In this document: positions 19,529 to 29,202 of the stretch, one piece after another
How the letters are laid out: each line of letters opens with the position of its first letter
Position numbering within the stretch: position 1 is the first letter of the stretch
Source of the DNA: Flavobacteriaceae bacterium
GTDB lineage: Bacteria > Bacteroidota > Bacteroidia > Flavobacteriales > Flavobacteriaceae
Assembly (NCBI GenBank): GCA_017852395.1
Contig: JAFMLE010000007.1
Coordinates: 16,101-80,100 of the forward strand
Reading direction: 5' to 3'
DNA: 64,000 nucleotides
Position numbers and translations under genes: made by a program
Notes under the pieces: model-generated
Databases searched by the model: none
What the model was told of the DNA's origin: nothing
Seen by the model: the letters and a program-made list of their open reading frames with translations, nothing else

Positions 19529-20350
19529 ATGAAAAAAATAGGAATTCAGGGTATAAAAGGATCTTTTCATGATCAGGTGGCACAATCGGTGTTTGATATG
19601 GCTAGCCATCAGATTGTGGAGTATATGTCCTTCGATAGCCTCACAAAAGGGTTGATCCGAGAGGATATTGATCTAGCAATAATGGCCATTGAAAACTCCA
19701 TCGCGGGCTCAATCTTGCCCAACTATGCGCTTCTTGACCGAAATAATCTTTCGATTATCAAAGAACATTTTCTTCAAATCAATCACCATTTGATGGCGCT
19801 ACCAGGACAAAGTTTGACGGCTATACGAGAAGTCCATTCGCACCCTATGGCCCTACTCCAGTGTGCACAATTTTTTGATGCCTATCCAGAAATTAGACTG
19901 GTAGAAGCTGAAGACACGGCCTTGGTTGCTCAAAAAATCCAGACGGAAAAACTTTCTGGGATCGCTGCTATCGCAGGAAAAGGTGCGGCTGAGATATACC
20001 AACTCGATGTATTGGCCCCGCAAATACAAACCATTAAAAACAACGTAACCCGTTTTGTGATTGTCTCAAAAAAACCGGTGCCTTTAGCCCCCGAATTCAA
20101 TAAAGCAGCACTAAAATTTACCTTAGACCATCAAAGGGGCAGTTTGGCCACCGTACTCAATGTAATGAGTGATTGCCAATTGAACCTTACCAAAATACAA
20201 TCCCTACCCGTTATCGAAACTCCAGGCAAATACGCCTTTTTTGTCGATGTCACTTTTGAAAATATAGAGCAGTACAAAAAGGCTAAATCGATCCTCGAGA
20301 TTATGGCACAACAGTTTAAAGTATTGGGCGTTTACCAAAAAGAAAACTAA
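19529..20350 (+). CDS. pheA: prephenate dehydratase
   Basis: I use the internal ATG at 19529; the track starts at 19496, inside the attenuator. Contains IQGIKGSFH, TRFVIVS and a C-terminal ACT-like domain. Length 273 aa. Confidence 0.9.
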   Translation: MKKIGIQGIKGSFHDQVAQSVFDMASHQIVEYMSFDSLTKGLIREDIDLAIMAIENSIAGSILPNYALLDRNNLSIIKEHFLQINHHLMALPGQSLTAIREVHSHPMALLQCAQFFDAYPEIRLVEAEDTALVAQKIQTEKLSGIAAIAGKGAAEIYQLDVLAPQIQTIKNNVTRFVIVSKKPVPLAPEFNKAALKFTLDHQRGSLATVLNVMSDCQLNLTKIQSLPVIETPGKYAFFVDVTFENIEQYKKAKSILEIMAQQFKVLGVYQKEN

Positions 20351-21501
20351 TGAATCTTCAAATCGCCAATAGGTTACAAACCGTAGAAGAATACTACTTT
20401 TCTAAAAAGTTACGAGAGGTAGGACAACGCATTGCATCTGGACAACCCATTATCAATATGGGCATTGGCAGTCCTGATTTGGCGCCAGACCGTGAAGTAC
20501 TCAATGCACTTACATCGAGTTTAACACATCCCAAGGCCCACCAATACCAAAGCTACCAAGGGCTCCCAGAACTTCGTGAAGGCATCGCAGATTTTTACCA
20601 TACCCACTATGGTGTGACGCTAAATCCCAAAGATGAGATTTTGCCACTTATGGGATCTAAGGAGGGTATTATGCACATTTCTATGGCGTTTCTCAACCCA
20701 GGCGACCAGGTTTTGATTCCAAATCCAGGATACCCCACCTACAGCGCAGTAACGCGCTTGGTTTCGGCAGAAGCCGTTTATTATAAACTTGAGGAATCTA
20801 CAGGTTGGCTACCCGACCGCCATTTTCTCGAACAACTCGACACCTCAAAAATCAAACTCATGTGGCTCAACTACCCCCATATGCCAACGGGGGCGGCTGC
20901 ATCTAAGGAACTCTTTATCGCGCTGGTACAATGGGCCAAACAAAACAATATTCTATTGGTCAATGACAATCCGTATAGCTTTGTCCTTAACCAAAACCCC
21001 ACCTCTTTGTTAGCCACTCCAGGTGCAAAAGAAGTGGCACTCGAACTCAACTCATTGAGTAAAACGTTCAATATGGCCGGTTGGCGCGTTGGAATGGTTT
21101 TGGGTAATGCCGCATTGATCAATCCCGTTTTAAAAGTCAAAAGCAATATGGACTCGGGTATGTTTTATGGTTTGCAAAAAGGAGCCATCGCCGCTTTACA
21201 ATCCTCAGAAAACTGGTACCAATCAATGAATGAAATCTATGCCAATCGAAAAAAACGCATGCTCCAGCTCATTGATCAATTAGAACTCACCTATAACCCG
21301 GATCAAACAGGCATGTTTGTTTGGGCCAAATTGCCAAAACAATACACCTCCTCCGAGGCCTATGTAGATAATCTTCTCAACGAAAAACACCTATTTATTG
21401 CTCCAGGAACCATTTTTGGATCTCAAGGTGAAGGCTATGTGCGTTTTTCATTATGTGTAGAAGAAGAAATGATTATTAAAGCAATAGAACGATTTGTATG
21501 A
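20350..21501 (+). CDS. class I/II PLP aminotransferase (aromatic/prephenate aminotransferase candidate)
   Basis: 383 aa. Contains NSLSKTFNMAGWRVG (PLP lysine). Sits between pheA and tyrA. Confidence 0.85.
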   Translation: MNLQIANRLQTVEEYYFSKKLREVGQRIASGQPIINMGIGSPDLAPDREVLNALTSSLTHPKAHQYQSYQGLPELREGIADFYHTHYGVTLNPKDEILPLMGSKEGIMHISMAFLNPGDQVLIPNPGYPTYSAVTRLVSAEAVYYKLEESTGWLPDRHFLEQLDTSKIKLMWLNYPHMPTGAAASKELFIALVQWAKQNNILLVNDNPYSFVLNQNPTSLLATPGAKEVALELNSLSKTFNMAGWRVGMVLGNAALINPVLKVKSNMDSGMFYGLQKGAIAALQSSENWYQSMNEIYANRKKRMLQLIDQLELTYNPDQTGMFVWAKLPKQYTSSEAYVDNLLNEKHLFIAPGTIFGSQGEGYVRFSLCVEEEMIIKAIERFV

Positions 21502-22370
21502 AAATAGGTGTTGTCGGTTTGGGATTAATAGGGGGTTCGTTTGCAATTCATGCGCGAAAACACTTTGCCAATGCACAACTTTTGGGAAGTGACCATAACA
21601 AAACCCATCAAGAGCAAGCCCTATCTCTTGGTCTTATTGATGGCGTTCTGTCGTCTGAAGATTATAACGATCTAGAACTGCTGTTATTGGCCATACCGGT
21701 AGATGCCATAGAACAGCACCTGACACAGTTTTTAGACCAAATTGGTCCTAAGGGACTAATTATCGATTTTGGCTCGACCAAAGCAGCCATCTGTCAGCAA
21801 GTTGCCAACCATCCAAAGCGGAAGCAGTTTCTTGCTACACACCCCATTGCCGGAACCGAGTTTTCGGGGCCAACTGCTGCCTTTGAAAGCCTATATTTCA
21901 AAAAAACTCAGATCCTTTGTGAGACTGAAAAAACAAATCCAGAATTGTTATTGCTTGCCAAAACATGGTTTGAAGCCATGCAAATGGAATTGCGCGAAAT
22001 GGATCCTGTTGAACACGACAGACACATTGCTTATGTTTCACATCTGTCACACATCAGCTCCTTTATGCTCGGCAAAACCGTTTTGGAAAAAGAAAAAGAT
22101 CAATCTACCATTTTTGACATGGCAGGTAGTGGATTCGAATCCACCGTTCGACTGGCCAAAAGCTCGCCAGATATGTGGACACCAATCTTTAAAATCAACA
22201 AGAACTTTGTATTAGAAAGCCTAAACGACTACATTCGCAACCTCAAAATATTTAAAGCTGCAATGGAGCGTGATGATTTTGAAGTTCTTTATCAAGAGAT
22301 GAAACAAATCAACCGAATAAAAACCATACTAAAAGGAATTACCGATAAAAACAATACTTATGGAAAATAA
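21498..22370 (+). CDS. tyrA: prephenate dehydrogenase
   Basis: 290 aa. Has an N-terminal GVVGLGLIGGSFA dinucleotide fold and HPIAGTE. The start overlaps the upstream stop. Confidence 0.9.
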   Translation: MKIGVVGLGLIGGSFAIHARKHFANAQLLGSDHNKTHQEQALSLGLIDGVLSSEDYNDLELLLLAIPVDAIEQHLTQFLDQIGPKGLIIDFGSTKAAICQQVANHPKRKQFLATHPIAGTEFSGPTAAFESLYFKKTQILCETEKTNPELLLLAKTWFEAMQMELREMDPVEHDRHIAYVSHLSHISSFMLGKTVLEKEKDQSTIFDMAGSGFESTVRLAKSSPDMWTPIFKINKNFVLESLNDYIRNLKIFKAAMERDDFEVLYQEMKQINRIKTILKGITDKNNTYGK

Positions 22371-23442
22371 CAAAGAAATGCGCCAGTGGCTCGATGCTTT
22401 TGGTCTTAGCCATCCGCTGGTCATTGCAGGACCTTGCAGCGCAGAAACCGAAGAACAAGTACTCAAAATTGCGCACGAACTCAAGGACACCGATGTCACA
22501 GTATATCGTGCCGGAATCTGGAAACCCCGTACACGACCCGGAATGTTCGAAGGGGTTGGAGCCATAGGCCTTAAATGGTTGCAACGGGTCAAGAAAGAAA
22601 CCGGGCTGCTTACTGCCACAGAAGTCGCCAACAAGGATCATGTCAAATTAGCTTTGGACCACGATATAGACATTCTATGGATCGGCGCCCGATCAACGGT
22701 AAGTCCATTTATCGTTCAAGAAATTGCAGATGCCCTAGAAGGAACCGACAAAATTGTTTTGGTTAAAAACCCCGTAAACCCCGATGTTGCACTTTGGCTC
22801 GGAGGCGTTGAGCGATTATATTCTGCCAACATCAAAAAACTGGGATTGATACACCGAGGGTTTTCTACCTACGAAAAGTCAAAATACCGCAATAACCCAG
22901 AATGGCAAATTGCTGTAGAGGTGCAAAATCGTTTCCCCGATCTACCCCTAATTTGTGACCCTTCGCACATTACCGGAAACCGATCAATGATTTTTGATAC
23001 CTGTCAGATGGCATTGGATCTAAATTTTGATGGCCTTATGGTAGAAAGTCATTGGGACCCGGACAATGCATGGAGTGATGCCGCTCAACAGGTAACCCCT
23101 TCCAATTTGGTACAAATCATGAAAGATCTAAAAATTAGAAAAACCACTACCGAAGAAGAAAGCTATCAAGCAGAACTGCAAAATCTTCGAACCCAAATCG
23201 ACGTCGCTGACCAAACGATTTTAGATACTTTGGGCAAAAGAATGAAAGTCTCCGAAGCCATCGGTAGACTTAAGAAAGAGAACAATGTGGCTGTCTTGCA
23301 AAGCAAACGTTGGAATGAAATTTTGGGAAGAATGGTTCTCGAAGGTGAAGAACGTGGATTATCTGAAGAGTTTATCCTACGTCTGTTTAAAGCCATTCAC
23401 CAAGAATCCATTAACCATCAAGAACAGATCGTTAACAAGTAA
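22360..23442 (+). CDS. bifunctional 3-deoxy-7-phosphoheptulonate synthase (type I-beta) / chorismate mutase
   Basis: 360 aa. Contains AGPCSAE, IGARS and CDPSH motifs, plus a C-terminal chorismate mutase helix bundle (LRTQIDVADQTILDTLGKRMKVSEAIGRLK). Confidence 0.9.
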   Translation: MENNKEMRQWLDAFGLSHPLVIAGPCSAETEEQVLKIAHELKDTDVTVYRAGIWKPRTRPGMFEGVGAIGLKWLQRVKKETGLLTATEVANKDHVKLALDHDIDILWIGARSTVSPFIVQEIADALEGTDKIVLVKNPVNPDVALWLGGVERLYSANIKKLGLIHRGFSTYEKSKYRNNPEWQIAVEVQNRFPDLPLICDPSHITGNRSMIFDTCQMALDLNFDGLMVESHWDPDNAWSDAAQQVTPSNLVQIMKDLKIRKTTTEEESYQAELQNLRTQIDVADQTILDTLGKRMKVSEAIGRLKKENNVAVLQSKRWNEILGRMVLEGEERGLSEEFILRLFKAIHQESINHQEQIVNK

Positions 23443-23445
23443 AAA

Positions 23446-23475
23446 TAAAAAAACCGGCCAAGGCCGGTTTTTTTA
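23446..23475. terminator. bidirectional intrinsic terminator
   Basis: AAAAACCGG-CCAAGG-CCGGTTTTT between convergent genes. Confidence 0.75.
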
Positions 23476-23491
23476 TAGGATATTGCTTCAT

Positions 23492-24676
23492 TTATTGTAG
23501 CGCTTTTGCCATTCTACCCAGAGCCTCTTTAATTTGAGCTTCTGAGGCAGCATATGAGATTCTTAAGCAATCTGGTGCTCCAAAAGCAACACCACTTACC
23601 GTTGCTACGTGCGCTTGTTCGAGTAAAAATAAAGCAAAGTCGTCCGCATCTTTTATTGTGTGCTCTTGAATTGTTTTTCCAAAATAATAAGACACATCTG
23701 GAAAAACATAAAAGGCTCCCATCGGTTCATTGACTTTTAGCCCAGGAATTTGACGTAGCAAACCAATAATAAGTGTGCGTCTTTTTTCAAACTCATCCAC
23801 CATATACTGGATCGCACTTACTGGTGCTTCTAAAGCGGCGATGGTCGCGCGTTGTGCAATACAATTTGCGCCACTGGTGATTTGCCCCTGCATTTTATTG
23901 CAAGCTTTTGCGATCCATTGTGGTGCTCCGATATAACCAATTCGCCAGCCGGTCATTGCAAAAGCTTTGGCCACACCATTTACAGTAATGGTACGGTCGT
24001 ACATGCTTTCTATGGCAGCAAAACTAAACGGTTTTTCTCCATAATTGATATGTTCGTAGATTTCGTCAGAAAGTATGAATATGTCTGGATACTTTTCTAA
24101 AACAGCGGCAAGCGCTCGAAATTCGGCCTCGGTATAGATCGTACCGCTGGGATTGTTTGGCGAATTGAACATGACCAATTTGGTCTTGGGCGTGATGGCG
24201 GCCTCCAACTGTTCAGGTGTGATTTTAAAGTCGTTTTCGATCGTAGAGGGAATGATGATCGCGTTGGCCTCGGCCAAGGTTGCTATTGCAGAATAGCTGA
24301 CCCAATAGGGTGCAGGTAACAATACCTCATCGCCTGGATTAAGCAATACCATAGCAACATTGGCAATCGATTGCTTGGCTCCCGTAGAAACAACAATCTG
24401 ATTGGGCTGGTAAGACAGGTTATTGTCTCGTTTAAATTTGGTACAAATAGCTTGTTTCAACTCGACATATCCATCAACTGGGGTATAGGAGTTATAATTA
24501 TCTTCAATCGCTTGTATGGCTGCCGCTTTGATAAATTCGGGAGTATTAAAATCAGGCTCTCCCAAACTCAATCCAATAACGTCGACTCCTTGGTCTTTGA
24601 GTTCTCTTGCTTTGGCAGCCATTGCCAAGGTGGCAGAAATGGGCAAGCTGTTAATTCGATCAGATAAGTGTTCCAT
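23492..24676 (-). CDS. aspartate/aromatic class I aminotransferase
   Basis: 394 aa. Contains NGVAKAFAMTGWRIGY (PLP lysine) and NNPSGT. Confidence 0.85.
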   Translation of the reverse strand: MEHLSDRINSLPISATLAMAAKARELKDQGVDVIGLSLGEPDFNTPEFIKAAAIQAIEDNYNSYTPVDGYVELKQAICTKFKRDNNLSYQPNQIVVSTGAKQSIANVAMVLLNPGDEVLLPAPYWVSYSAIATLAEANAIIIPSTIENDFKITPEQLEAAITPKTKLVMFNSPNNPSGTIYTEAEFRALAAVLEKYPDIFILSDEIYEHINYGEKPFSFAAIESMYDRTITVNGVAKAFAMTGWRIGYIGAPQWIAKACNKMQGQITSGANCIAQRATIAALEAPVSAIQYMVDEFEKRRTLIIGLLRQIPGLKVNEPMGAFYVFPDVSYYFGKTIQEHTIKDADDFALFLLEQAHVATVSGVAFGAPDCLRISYAASEAQIKEALGRMAKALQ

Positions 24677-24678
24677 AA

Positions 24679-25791
24679 TTAAGAATTCGCATAAACGGGC
24701 TGCATTCCCATTTTCTTTAAAAATTTAAAATGCGAAAGTAAGGCACTTCGAGTAGATTTGTACTCATTGTAAGGTAAATTAAATTCCTTTGTGGTCTTTT
24801 TAACAATTTCACCAATTTTTGTGTAATGTATATGGCTTATATGTGGAAATATATGATGCTCTATTTGGTGATTTAGTCCACCCGTAAACCAATTTACCAA
24901 TCTGTTTTTTCGTGCAAAATTGACCGTTGTCAAAAGCTGATGAATGGCCCAGGTATTTTTGACCGTCCCCGTTTCTGGATCCGGCAAAGGCATGGCAGCA
25001 TCTTCCATAACATGTGCCAGTTGAAAAACCAAGCTCAAAATCAAACCCGCAGTATAATGCATGGCAAAAAAGCCAAGCAACACTTTCCACCATACGATAC
25101 CAAAGACCCCTATGGGGACCACTATCCATATGGAGAAATAAATGATTTTTGAAACCACCAAGCCGATCCATTGTCTGGTTGGGCTGGCACAGTTGGCATA
25201 TTTGAGATTTCGCTTTTGATAACGACGCATTTGAAAAAAGTCGGTAAATATTGCCCAATTGATGGTCAACAAACCGTAGAGTATTACAGAATAATAGTGT
25301 TGTAATCTGTGGTATGGAAACCATTGTGCATGCTTTGAGAAGCGCAAAATTCTACCTGCTTCCAGATCTTCATCGTGCCCGTGAATGTTGGTGTAGGTGT
25401 GATGAAGTACATTGTGTTGTACTTTCCAATTGAAAACATTGCCTGCAAGTATATAGATACTGCTGCCCATCAATTTATTAATCCACGGATATTTGGAGAA
25501 TGAACCGTGGTTGCCATCGTGCATTACATTCATGCCTACCCCAGCCATACCAAGTCCTAAGACTACTGCCAACAATAATTTATACCAATCACTAATGTCC
25601 AACATCATGATCAAGACATAGGGCACAATCAATAGTGAAAACATGACGAGGGATTTTAGATAAATTCGCCATCCACCGGTCTTGGCGATATTATTGGATT
25701 TAAAATAATCGTTGACGCGTTTGTTCAATGTTTTAAAAAAATCTTTTGGATCATTGCGTTCGAACCGGAGCGTGGTCGGTTGATTTTTCAT
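24679..25791 (-). CDS. membrane fatty acid desaturase
   Basis: Three His boxes: HDGNHGS, HNVLHH, HQIEHH. I use the ATG at 25791 (MKNQPTT...) rather than the TTG at 25827. Confidence 0.85.
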   Translation of the reverse strand: MKNQPTTLRFERNDPKDFFKTLNKRVNDYFKSNNIAKTGGWRIYLKSLVMFSLLIVPYVLIMMLDISDWYKLLLAVVLGLGMAGVGMNVMHDGNHGSFSKYPWINKLMGSSIYILAGNVFNWKVQHNVLHHTYTNIHGHDEDLEAGRILRFSKHAQWFPYHRLQHYYSVILYGLLTINWAIFTDFFQMRRYQKRNLKYANCASPTRQWIGLVVSKIIYFSIWIVVPIGVFGIVWWKVLLGFFAMHYTAGLILSLVFQLAHVMEDAAMPLPDPETGTVKNTWAIHQLLTTVNFARKNRLVNWFTGGLNHQIEHHIFPHISHIHYTKIGEIVKKTTKEFNLPYNEYKSTRSALLSHFKFLKKMGMQPVYANS

Positions 25792-25843
25792 ATACTTTTG
25801 TAAAAAACATAAATTTACCTTTCTCAAAGTTAAAATTCAACAT

Positions 25844-26461
25844 TTGGAGGCACTCTTTTTATATTTTGACAATTTAACCCCAAAACAAAAAGGACAATTC
25901 GAAGCTTTGGAGGACTTATACCAATATTGGAACTCCAGAATCAATGTGGTTTCCCGAAAGGATATGAGCCAATTTGTAGTACGTCACCTATTGCACAGCC
26001 TTGCAATTGCCAAAGTGCAAGCTTTTTTGCCAGGTGCCAAAATCATTGATGTAGGAACCGGCGGTGGATTTCCGGGGGTTCCCTTGGCAATTCTTTTTCC
26101 AGAAACTCAGTTTATTTTGGTAGACAGCATTGGAAAAAAAATAAAAGTGGTTGATGCTGTAGTAGAAGCACTACAAATCGACAACGTGGTCACCCACCAC
26201 AGCCGCATCGAAGGGGTTGATGAACAAGCAGATTTTATTGTCAGTCGTGCCGTAACTGCAATGAATCATTTTGTTCCTTGGGTGCGTCCCAAAATCAAAA
26301 AGAAGGGTATGCATCATCGAAAAAATGGGATTCTCTATCTCAAGGGTGGTGATTTGTCCGAAGAACTTCGCGATTTTCCAAAGGCAGAACAATTTGCGCT
26401 ATCAGACCATTTTGATGATCCTTTTTTTGAAACCAAAAAGGTGGTCTATCTTCCTCTTTAG
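25844..26461 (+). CDS. rsmG: 16S rRNA (guanine527-N7)-methyltransferase
   Basis: 205 aa. Contains DVGTGGGFPGVPLAI. The apparent start is TTG. Confidence 0.88.
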   Translation: MEALFLYFDNLTPKQKGQFEALEDLYQYWNSRINVVSRKDMSQFVVRHLLHSLAIAKVQAFLPGAKIIDVGTGGGFPGVPLAILFPETQFILVDSIGKKIKVVDAVVEALQIDNVVTHHSRIEGVDEQADFIVSRAVTAMNHFVPWVRPKIKKKGMHHRKNGILYLKGGDLSEELRDFPKAEQFALSDHFDDPFFETKKVVYLPL

Positions 26462-26484
26462 AACCAACACATCTAAAAAAATAT

Positions 26485-26973
26485 TTACTCTTTTTTGAGC
26501 CGTCGATTGATTTTTTCTATTTGTTCGGAAAGCATTTTGATTTGCTTTTCGAGTGCTGTAATCTTTTTTTGATACTGATTGCTTCTATATCCATAGTGTA
26601 TTGGTAACTCCATATCCATAAAACTCCCAAGATAATCGGTGTCGCTTATTAACAATTTTGAGGCTTCAAAGTGCAATGAATCTCCCAAAATAATAGGCCC
26701 AGAAACAAATTCGGCAATTTTTACAGGGTCTTTTCTGTTTTTTAGTAGTTCTTTGATACTATCAATCCTAATTTTTTTATCAATAATAAACGTATTGCCA
26801 GAAGCACTTTTACCAATTTTTGGTGATCCGCGATGATTTACAAATAGGGTATCATTTTGCGTCAATACGCCATCTTTGTCATAGCTTTTGACGATATGAT
26901 AGGTTACTTCTTGTCCCAATAGCGAGGGTGCAAAAAAAAGAATGACTGCTGCTGTTTGTAGAATTTTGAACAT
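26485..26973 (-). CDS. hypothetical secreted protein with C-terminal coiled-coil
   Basis: 162 aa. It has a signal peptide but no recognisable family. Confidence 0.5.
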   Translation of the reverse strand: MFKILQTAAVILFFAPSLLGQEVTYHIVKSYDKDGVLTQNDTLFVNHRGSPKIGKSASGNTFIIDKKIRIDSIKELLKNRKDPVKIAEFVSGPIILGDSLHFEASKLLISDTDYLGSFMDMELPIHYGYRSNQYQKKITALEKQIKMLSEQIEKINRRLKKE

Positions 26974-27053
26974 TATTAAGTAGGATTTGGATTTTACTTA
27001 ATAACGTAAAAATCACACATTTAGTACAAAAAAAATGTTAAAATCAAGAAACG

Positions 27054-28679
27054 CTATGTACTCAGAAACGGATACCGATAATCGGTAGGCGGCACAAAGG
27101 TTTCTTTGATTAGCCTTGGTGACACCCAACGCAACAAATTGAGCGCAGAGCCCGCTTTGTCATTGGTTCCAGATGCGCGAGCACCTCCAAAGGGTTGTTG
27201 CCCAACCACCGCTCCTGTGGGTTTGTCATTGATGTAGAAATTTCCGGCCGCGTTTTCGAGTTGTTCTATCGCTTGTTGCAATGCATAGCGGTCTTGTGAA
27301 AACACCGCTCCGGTCAAGGCATAAATCGATGTTTGGTCAACAAGTTTCAACGTTGCCTCCCATTGGGCATCGTCATAACGGTAAACGGTAACCAGTGGGC
27401 CAAACAATTCGGTTTCCATCGTATAGTAGTGGGGATCGGTAACTTCAACAAGGGTTGGGGCAACAAAATAGCCTTTGCGATCGTCATAGGTCCCTCCTTT
27501 GAGGAGGTTTGCCTCTGGGTCCTTTTTTACTTTTTCTATGGCATTAACCAGACGATCATAGGCACCGCGATGGATCACCGCTGTTACAAAATTTTCAAAA
27601 TCTTCGGGCGATCCCATTTTGATGGTGTCCATGTCTTCTTTAACATACGAAAGCACGGCATCTGCAATTGAATTGGGCAAATAAACCCGTGATGCCGCAG
27701 AACACTTTTGCCCTTGAAACTCAAAAGCCCCTCGAATTATAGCAGTCGCTACTTCTTGTGGTTTTGCACTAGGATGTGCCAAAATAAAATCTTTACCCCC
27801 GGTCTCACCTACGATACGCGGATAGGACTTATAAGTGTTGATGTTTTGACCTATTTTGGTCCATAGCATTTTAAAGATTTCGGTAGAACCCGTGTAATGT
27901 ATCCCTGCAAAATCAGCATGCGTCAAGATCTTGTCGGTAATCATTTGTGGATCGCCAAAAATCACATTGATTACGCCATCTGGAAGACCCGCTTCTTTGA
28001 AAATATCAATTATGATTTTGGCAGAAAAAACCTGATGATCACTGGGTTTCCAAACCACGACATTGCCCATCATCGCTGCACTAGCAGGCAGATTTCCGGA
28101 TATGGCTGTAAAATTGAATGGAGTCACTGCGTATACAAATCCTTCTAGGGGTCTGTATGACAACCGATTCCAGATACCACTATCCGAATCGGGTTGTTGT
28201 TGATAGATCTCTTGCATGTAGGCCACATTAAATCGCAGAAAGTCAATAAATTCACATGCGGCATCAATCTCCGCTTGATGAATGGTTTTTGACTGCGCCA
28301 ACATCGTAGCCGCATTGATTTTGGCACGGTAAGGGCCTGCAATCAAATCGGCGGCTTTTAAAAATATTGCTGCTCGGGATTCCCAAGGCATTTTGCTCCA
28401 TTTTTTACGCGCTTCTAGTGCTGTTTCTATAGCAAGATCTACATGTTCTGGAGCCGCTTTGTGGTAATGGCCCAATAGGTGTTGATGATCGTGCGGGGGG
28501 GACATCGGTGCTGTATCTCCTGTTTTTATTTGCTTTCCATTGATTTCTAACGGAACTTCTATCGCTTCTTGAAACATTTTTTTGTAGGCCGCCAGTACTG
28601 CTTCTTTTTCGGCAGTTCCGGGTGCATACGACAAGATGGGCTCGTTTTGAGGATAGGGTACTTGAACAGTGCTATTCAT
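27054..28679 (-). CDS. pruA: L-glutamate gamma-semialdehyde (1-pyrroline-5-carboxylate) dehydrogenase
   Basis: 541 aa. Aldehyde dehydrogenase motifs VGETGGKD and FEFQGQKCSAASR (catalytic Cys) are present. Confidence 0.88.
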   Translation of the reverse strand: MNSTVQVPYPQNEPILSYAPGTAEKEAVLAAYKKMFQEAIEVPLEINGKQIKTGDTAPMSPPHDHQHLLGHYHKAAPEHVDLAIETALEARKKWSKMPWESRAAIFLKAADLIAGPYRAKINAATMLAQSKTIHQAEIDAACEFIDFLRFNVAYMQEIYQQQPDSDSGIWNRLSYRPLEGFVYAVTPFNFTAISGNLPASAAMMGNVVVWKPSDHQVFSAKIIIDIFKEAGLPDGVINVIFGDPQMITDKILTHADFAGIHYTGSTEIFKMLWTKIGQNINTYKSYPRIVGETGGKDFILAHPSAKPQEVATAIIRGAFEFQGQKCSAASRVYLPNSIADAVLSYVKEDMDTIKMGSPEDFENFVTAVIHRGAYDRLVNAIEKVKKDPEANLLKGGTYDDRKGYFVAPTLVEVTDPHYYTMETELFGPLVTVYRYDDAQWEATLKLVDQTSIYALTGAVFSQDRYALQQAIEQLENAAGNFYINDKPTGAVVGQQPFGGARASGTNDKAGSALNLLRWVSPRLIKETFVPPTDYRYPFLST

Positions 28680-28740
28680 ATCAATATTTTAAGGCGTAAT
28701 TCTTTTTTTCAAAAGTAAAAAAATAAGTAGGGGAAAAAAA

Positions 28741-29127
28741 TCAATTCAAGATAAAGGGGGCAGCCAAATTGAGAATGGGCACCTGAACTTGAAATTTTTG
28801 AGCAGTACTAAAATTGATCATTACAAAAACACCCTTCATTGCCCCGACAGGAGACGACAACAAACAATTTGAAGAATAATGGTGGCTCTCACCGGGATTG
28901 AGTACCGGCTTATTGCCTACTACGCCTTCTCCATTGACATATTGCGTCTGGTCTAGTGACTCGATGATTTTCCAATGGCGGGTGAGCAGCTGTACCGCAT
29001 CTTTGCTTTGATTTTCAATTTTGATGTGATATAAAAAGGCATATTGGAACGCATTCTGATGACGTACCGCACCATTGAACTCAATAGTGGCAGAAATTCG
29101 TATCCCTTTGGTTATTTGTTGTAACAT
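28741..29127 (-). CDS. apaG: ApaG (DUF525) protein
   Basis: 128 aa. Contains ITKGIRISA...YAFLYHIKIENQS...RHWKI...GEGVVG..PVL.PGE, the typical ApaG pattern. Confidence 0.85.
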   Translation of the reverse strand: MLQQITKGIRISATIEFNGAVRHQNAFQYAFLYHIKIENQSKDAVQLLTRHWKIIESLDQTQYVNGEGVVGNKPVLNPGESHHYSSNCLLSSPVGAMKGVFVMINFSTAQKFQVQVPILNLAAPFILN

Positions 29128-29202
29128 ATTTGTTAAGAATACCTTTTAACTCAGAAAGTTACGAAAACTAAACGAATATTAACTCCTTTGAAAAATCTAT
29201 TT

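Noticed and set aside
19247-19609. 120-aa minus-strand ORF spanning the pheA upstream region
   Set aside because: It is antisense to the 3' end of the bestrophin-like gene and to pheA, and its sequence is low complexity and AT-driven. The region is fully explained by the promoter, leader peptide and attenuator on the plus strand.
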